Shown here: positions 59,845 to 64,000 of the stretch, piece after piece
Layout of the letters: every line of letters begins with the position of its first letter
Position numbering within the stretch: the first letter of the stretch is position 1
NCBI GenBank assembly: GCA_038534135.1
Contig: JBCAXJ010000007.1
Location: forward strand, 57 to 64,056
DNA length: 64,000 nt
DNA from: Pseudomonadota bacterium
GTDB lineage: Bacteria; Pseudomonadota; Alphaproteobacteria; Rhodobacterales; Rhodobacteraceae
Direction of reading: 5' to 3'
The notes under the pieces: model-generated
Told to the model about the DNA's origin: nothing
Seen by the model: only the letters and a program-made list of their open reading frames with translations
The model's database searches: none
Made by a program: the position numbers and the translations under genes

Positions 59845-60798
59845 ATGGATCAGAGTGGCGATACGATTCTTCAGCGAAAGGTCCGCGGCCCGAAGATGCG
59901 GATCTCGGGTTTCCCGGCGATGGAACCGCTCTGCGCCGCATTCGCATCCCACGCCGCGACGATGGCGCGCAAACAGCTCCGCAATGGGATCGACGTAACC
60001 GTCTATGGGTACGAAGTCGTTCGTCACGGCGACTATCTGCGGCAGCTCTATGCGCCCTCGGCGATCTATATCCTTCAGTTCCCCGGGACCGGTGGGGCGA
60101 GCCTCATCAAGGCGCACCCGCGATTGCTAGGCAAGGTGCTGGACCTGTCGCTCGGGGGCGATGGCAGTTTCGAACATGCCGGCGAGGGCCGCGAACTGAC
60201 CTCGATTGATCACGCGATCTATGGCCGTTTCGTGGATCTCGTCTCAAAGTCGTTCGACGAAGGCATTCTGGAACTTTGTGGTCGCTCGGCGCTCGGCGCC
60301 TCCCGCAAGGTTCGCTTCGAAGAACAGCCCGGCATGGTGCGAATCGCGCCGGACCGGGCGGAAGTGTTTGTTATCAAACTGAACTTTCACATCGCTGAGG
60401 ACAGGCGCGGGGCCGGGCTCGACTTTGTCATTCCGGTCGCAGGGCTGGAACCCCTGAAACGGGACCTGGCCTCGAACGTCCAGACCGGGGACCCTACGGT
60501 CATGCAATGGGCCCGGCACATGTATGACAAGGTCATGGATCTGCCCATACCGGTGGACGGCGTGATCCCGCTTGGGACCTATACCGTTGGTGAACTGAGT
60601 CGGCTTGAACAGGGTATGTGCCTGGAGCTTCCGCCGAACGCGATCGACGAGGTTCAGCTTCAGGTCCAGACGATCGAGGGCATGGAGCCAGTCACGAAGG
60701 CTCGACTCGGCGTTAAAGGTCGAACAAAGGCCCTGCGCCTGATGGATGATCCCGACGAAGAGTTCGTCAAACCGCTGCTGGACATGCCTCGTCCATAG
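59845..60798 (+). CDS. fliM: Flagellar motor switch protein FliM (divergent)
   Basis: 317 aa. Middle domain carries a FliM-like GGXG motif (KVLDLSLGGDGS...RELTSIDHAIYGRFVDLV). C-terminal SpoA/FliN-like block (TVGELSRLEQGMCLELPPNAIDEVQLQVQ...ARLGVKGRTKALRL). Confidence 0.65.
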   Translation: MDQSGDTILQRKVRGPKMRISGFPAMEPLCAAFASHAATMARKQLRNGIDVTVYGYEVVRHGDYLRQLYAPSAIYILQFPGTGGASLIKAHPRLLGKVLDLSLGGDGSFEHAGEGRELTSIDHAIYGRFVDLVSKSFDEGILELCGRSALGASRKVRFEEQPGMVRIAPDRAEVFVIKLNFHIAEDRRGAGLDFVIPVAGLEPLKRDLASNVQTGDPTVMQWARHMYDKVMDLPIPVDGVIPLGTYTVGELSRLEQGMCLELPPNAIDEVQLQVQTIEGMEPVTKARLGVKGRTKALRLMDDPDEEFVKPLLDMPRP

Positions 60799-60840
60799 CC
60801 CGCCGACTCTGAAGTCGCACGCAGCGGCCGTCCCTGCGGA

Positions 60841-61605
60841 TCAAATCTCAGCCACGGTCTGAAGCCAACCCAGCCCATCTTCGGTTCGGCCGCGCGGTCT
60901 GTACTCGCAGCCAACCCAGCCTGAATACCCCAGCGCATCCATCTGTTCGAACAGAAAGCTGAAGTTGAGTTCGCCATCGTCGGGCTCGTGCCGCTCGGGC
61001 ACGCCGGCGATCTGGATGTGCCCGATTTCTTGCGCGAGCCTCTCCATGCGGCGGGTCAGATCACCCTCCATGATCTGAGCGTGATAAAGATCGAACTGGA
61101 GCTTCAGGTTCGGCGCTCCGACCGTGTTGATGATCGCCATCGCCTGATCTGACCGATTCAGAAAGTAGCTGGGCATGTCACGAGAGTTGATGGGTTCGAT
61201 CACCAGCACCCGGTCACCTGCCTCCTCCGCCGCCCAGGACAGATTGTCCACAAATGTCGCCTGCGCGCTCTTTCCGGCGGCGTTGCCCGCCATCACGTGG
61301 ATCGCACCGGGACCGATAACCGCCGCATACTCCAGAGCCTGCTGGAACGTGTCGCGAAACTCCTGCTCACGCCCCGGTATCGCCGACATTCCGCGCTCAC
61401 CGGCCTGCCAATCCCCGGGAGGCGCATTGAACAAGGCCTGCTGCAAGCCGTGCGCATCCAAAGCCGCGCGAATCTCTGAGGGGTCGAAATCGTATGGAAA
61501 CAGAAACTCGACACCCCGAAATCCGCACTTCGATGCTGCAGCGAAACGGTCCAGAAAATCATGCTCATTGAACATCATCGACAGATTGGCGGCAAACTTT
61601 GGCAT
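60841..61605 (-). CDS. hyi: Hydroxypyruvate isomerase family protein (Hyi/OtnI-type TIM barrel)
   Basis: [40 protein letters not shown]...[17 protein letters not shown]...LVIEPIN...GHIQIAGVP...GWVGCEY tracks E. coli Hyi closely from memory. Confidence 0.88.
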   Translation of the reverse strand: MPKFAANLSMMFNEHDFLDRFAAASKCGFRGVEFLFPYDFDPSEIRAALDAHGLQQALFNAPPGDWQAGERGMSAIPGREQEFRDTFQQALEYAAVIGPGAIHVMAGNAAGKSAQATFVDNLSWAAEEAGDRVLVIEPINSRDMPSYFLNRSDQAMAIINTVGAPNLKLQFDLYHAQIMEGDLTRRMERLAQEIGHIQIAGVPERHEPDDGELNFSFLFEQMDALGYSGWVGCEYRPRGRTEDGLGWLQTVAEI

Positions 61606-61679
61606 CGGCGTCCTCCTGGGCAGGAGGCCATGCTGGCCAAGGCGTGTCGCTACGTAAAGCGATTTCCTGTCCGGACAAT

Positions 61680-61868
61680 TCAGCGATCAAGCCTGCGGCG
61701 CACCTCGGCTAGAGACTCCATCACCTGGACCTCCTTCCCGGAGTCCAAAAAGATCGTGACGACGCTTCCGGTCGCCGGGCCCTTTTGCTCGATCATTGAA
61801 ATCCGGGCGATCGGGATGCCGACAGGCTCGGAGGACTCAAGCAAGGTCAACCAAAGCCACTCAGTCAT
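61680..61868 (-). CDS. Small ORF, possibly FlbD-like (tentative)
   Basis: 62 aa. Its ATG overlaps the glycosyltransferase stop by 8 nt. The pattern ISMIEQ-x6[21 protein letters not shown] resembles the FlbD consensus (I..IE....DT.I.L.NGK...V.ES..EV) as I remember it. Not verified. Confidence 0.3.
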   Translation of the reverse strand: MTEWLWLTLLESSEPVGIPIARISMIEQKGPATGSVVTIFLDSGKEVQVMESLAEVRRRLDR

Positions 61869-63033
61869 TCGGCCAGCCCCAATAGGTGTTCAGAACCTCC
61901 TTTAGGTCCGCGCGCGCGGACTCGAGCGACAGATGCGTTTGCGCATAGTCGACAACCCGCTGCTCCATCCGTCTCATGGCCACCGGATCGTTCAGGTAGC
62001 GGCTGATCGCGGTTGTGAGCTGCGGCACGACGGGCAGGTCCAGATGGATCTTCTCGCAGACATCATCAGGAATGTCTGAAAAGGCCGCGTATTCCGGCAC
62101 GATGATGACTTTGCCGAAGCCAAGCGCGCGTGCAGCGACGCCCGAGGTTTCACCGGCGGATGGAAAGCGCATCAGCGGCAGGACGTCGGCGGCAAGCGTG
62201 TAGTCGTCGAAGTCGGCGTCGGACAGGTAGCCGGTCACTTGAATGCTCGAGGCGTGGCGGGACTGACCGATCAGTTCCATCGCCGGATCCCATTCGCAAG
62301 CGCCCGCCACGATCAACCGAGCGTCCGCGCTTTGATCGCGCACTTCCTCGAAGGCAGCGATCACCCAATCGAGCCGCTTGGCTGGTGTCACATAGCCGCC
62401 TGCAAGAATGATGAACTGCTCGGGGTCCAACCCAAGCCGGTCGCGCGCCTCGTCCTTCGAGCGCGTGATCGCGTTGCTTTGCTCGACACCGATCGCGTAG
62501 TGCGGAATCACATGGATCGGCGTCGACACCTCCTGCAATTCGATCTGAAAGCGCGCCCAGCGCGAGTGTACGATCACGGCTTCGGCGCGGTCACAGATTG
62601 TCCGGTTGACCCTCAGATAAAAATCGAGTCGCGGGGTGTAGAAGCCTTTCGCGCGTTGCAGGGCCGCCCGCCTGCCGAACGCCCCCTCGGAGTCTTCCAG
62701 GCCCCGCAGGTATCCCGCGAAGTCGCCCTGGGCCAACGTGCGTTCGGTGTGGATGTGGTGCAGCGACAGATCATGCAACTCGACGATGGCCCCGCCACGG
62801 CGCGCCTGTTCAAGAATGTAGCCGTGATGCACATTGTTTCCGAGCTGCAGCAGCGTTTGGCGTTCGCCTGCAATGGCTTCGCTCGGCGCGATGGCACGCC
62901 GCCCTTCGCGTTGGGCCGCTTCCTCGGTCACGAACACGAGCCCCTCGAATTCGGGATCCGACGCAATCAGCGTTTCGGTATAGTTTGCAATTCCCGAGGG
63001 CGAAGGCGCCAGCGGGGACCAGACATACCCCAT
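61861..63033 (-). CDS. GT-B fold glycosyltransferase (family 1/GT4-like)
   Basis: 390 aa. The C-terminal half has the EX7E-type region ...FPSAGETSGVAARALGFGKVIIVPEYAAFSDIP typical of GT4 enzymes. Confidence 0.7.
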   Translation of the reverse strand: MGYVWSPLAPSPSGIANYTETLIASDPEFEGLVFVTEEAAQREGRRAIAPSEAIAGERQTLLQLGNNVHHGYILEQARRGGAIVELHDLSLHHIHTERTLAQGDFAGYLRGLEDSEGAFGRRAALQRAKGFYTPRLDFYLRVNRTICDRAEAVIVHSRWARFQIELQEVSTPIHVIPHYAIGVEQSNAITRSKDEARDRLGLDPEQFIILAGGYVTPAKRLDWVIAAFEEVRDQSADARLIVAGACEWDPAMELIGQSRHASSIQVTGYLSDADFDDYTLAADVLPLMRFPSAGETSGVAARALGFGKVIIVPEYAAFSDIPDDVCEKIHLDLPVVPQLTTAISRYLNDPVAMRRMEQRVVDYAQTHLSLESARADLKEVLNTYWGWPND

Positions 63034-63037
63034 GGGC

Positions 63038-63292
63038 CTATCCGGCGCGCCGCGTCACTTGCAGATGCTCCCGCGCTTCCAGCGCGGTGATGCGATCCTC
63101 CAACGCCATGATCCGCTTGGCCAATCGCGTATCCAGGGTCTCCATCCGCATTTCATAAATATCCAGTGCCTGACGTGCAGCGGCATGGGTGACGAGCGTT
63201 TGCTGGATCTCTTTCTGGATCTCACGCCTTATCTGGCGCCGCAACTTTGCGGCCAAGGACGGAAACATCTTCTTCAGCGAGAGCACGCGCAA
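63038..63292 (-). CDS. Small coiled-coil ORF of unknown function
   Basis: TTG start in the track (ATG alternative at 63268). Heptad-like charged sequence RRQIRREIQKEIQQ...LDTRLAKRIMALEDRITALEARE. Its stop lies 4 nt before the glycosyltransferase start. Coding status uncertain. Confidence 0.35.
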   Translation of the reverse strand: MRVLSLKKMFPSLAAKLRRQIRREIQKEIQQTLVTHAAARQALDIYEMRMETLDTRLAKRIMALEDRITALEAREHLQVTRRAG

Positions 63293-63462
63293 ACTCCGGT
63301 TCTCAGGACACCACCGACCCGCCCAAGGACGGACACCTGCAGGTGTACCAGCGACGCCTTAACCATAGGTTTTCCGCGCCGCCGCATTGATGCGAAACCC
63401 GGCGGCTTAGTGCCGGATTAACCCATTGGCGCCAAAAGACCGCGAAAGATGATCGGACGCCC

Positions 63463-64000
63463 ATGATCCTGAACCACCAGCACGGATTTATCTTTGTCCA
63501 TGTGCCAAAGGCGGCTGGCACGACGATCACCCGCGCACTCTCGCCGTTGACAACCTTTCGTGATCTCGAGCTTGGCGGCACAAAGTACGGCGAGGCAATT
63601 CAGGAGTTGTTCGCGTCGCGATTCGGCCTGCGCAAGCACTCGACAGGCGCCGTCATTCGCGGCAAGTGCCCGCCGCATATCTGGCGCCGGTTCTTCGTCT
63701 TCGCCTTCGTGCGGTCACCCTATGCGCGGGCCTATTCGGTGTATCGCTTCTTGCAACGCTGGAAGGAAGGCCCACACCATGCGGAGGTAATTGACCTCGA
63801 CTTCACCGCGTTTCTGCAGTCGCCAAAGCTGGACTGCAATGAGATCGAGATCGCTCGCCCGCAAGCGCACTGGCTGTGCAAGGACGGCGCAGTTCTGCCC
63901 GGAATCGATTTCGTTGGACGGGTCGAGAGCTTTGCCGAAGATTTCTCCTTCGTTCTCTCCGTCATCCATCGCACCCGCACCGGGTGGGACGAGGAACGCC
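63463..64000 (+). CDS. Sulfotransferase family protein (Sulfotransfer_2-like), N-terminal part; runs off the right edge
   Basis: Not in the ORF track (no stop in the window). Translation from ATG 63463: MILNHQHGFIFVHVPKAAGTTITRALSPL...RFFVFAFVRSPYARAYSVYRF...IDFVGRVESFAEDF. VHVPKAAGTT fits the PAPS 5'-phosphosulfate-binding loop (PKxGTT), and RSPY..R.S.Y fits the 3'-phosphate motif region. Confidence 0.65.
   Translation, partial: MILNHQHGFIFVHVPKAAGTTITRALSPLTTFRDLELGGTKYGEAIQELFASRFGLRKHSTGAVIRGKCPPHIWRRFFVFAFVRSPYARAYSVYRFLQRWKEGPHHAEVIDLDFTAFLQSPKLDCNEIEIARPQAHWLCKDGAVLPGIDFVGRVESFAEDFSFVLSVIHRTRTGWDEER

Overview
High-GC (about 60% by spot counts) alphaproteobacterial chromosome segment whose gene content and order look Rhodobacterales-like. 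Most of it is core housekeeping.

Layout:
- 1-10 kb, minus strand: a LIV-type ABC importer locus. It holds a substrate-binding protein, a divergent Fe-ADH homologue, an AraC regulator, two permeases and two ATPases. It ends in a UPF0261 domain, a PEP-hydrolase-like TIM barrel and an SPFH/flotillin gene.
- 10.1-11.4 kb: a DUF1330-bicupin fusion gene.
- 11.6-14.2 kb: the F0 ATP synthase operon (atpI-B-E-F2-F).
- 15.4-29.5 kb: tRNA-Trp and secE, an inserted marR/Tat-oxidoreductase pair, then nusG-rplKAJL-rpoBC.
- 30.4-49.3 kb: the str, S10, spc and alpha ribosomal operons, including secY, adk and rpoA.
- 49.4-53.5 kb: genes for a DegP-like protease, RarA, CrcB and a pseudouridine synthase.
- 53.6-60.8 kb: a flagellar block (flgI, flgL, flgK, flgE, motB, fliM).
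- 60.8-64 kb: hyi, a small ORF, a glycosyltransferase, a coiled-coil ORF and a partial sulfotransferase.

I saw no CRISPR array, transposase, integrase, phage gene or recognisable defence system, so I cannot point to a clear novel system.

The observations most worth a second look:
1. A LivF-type ABC ATPase fused in frame to a UPF0261/Tm-1-like domain, next to its TIM-barrel partner.
2. A small 3-TM ORF plus a 150-nt spacer inserted between rplP and rpmC inside the S10 operon.
3. A Fe-ADH homologue in which most cofactor and metal motifs appear substituted.
4. Non-ribosomal insertions at two other normally tight junctions (secE|nusG and rpoC|rpsL).

The ORF track translates GTG/TTG starts as M. 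Several starts were re-trimmed by reading the DNA.
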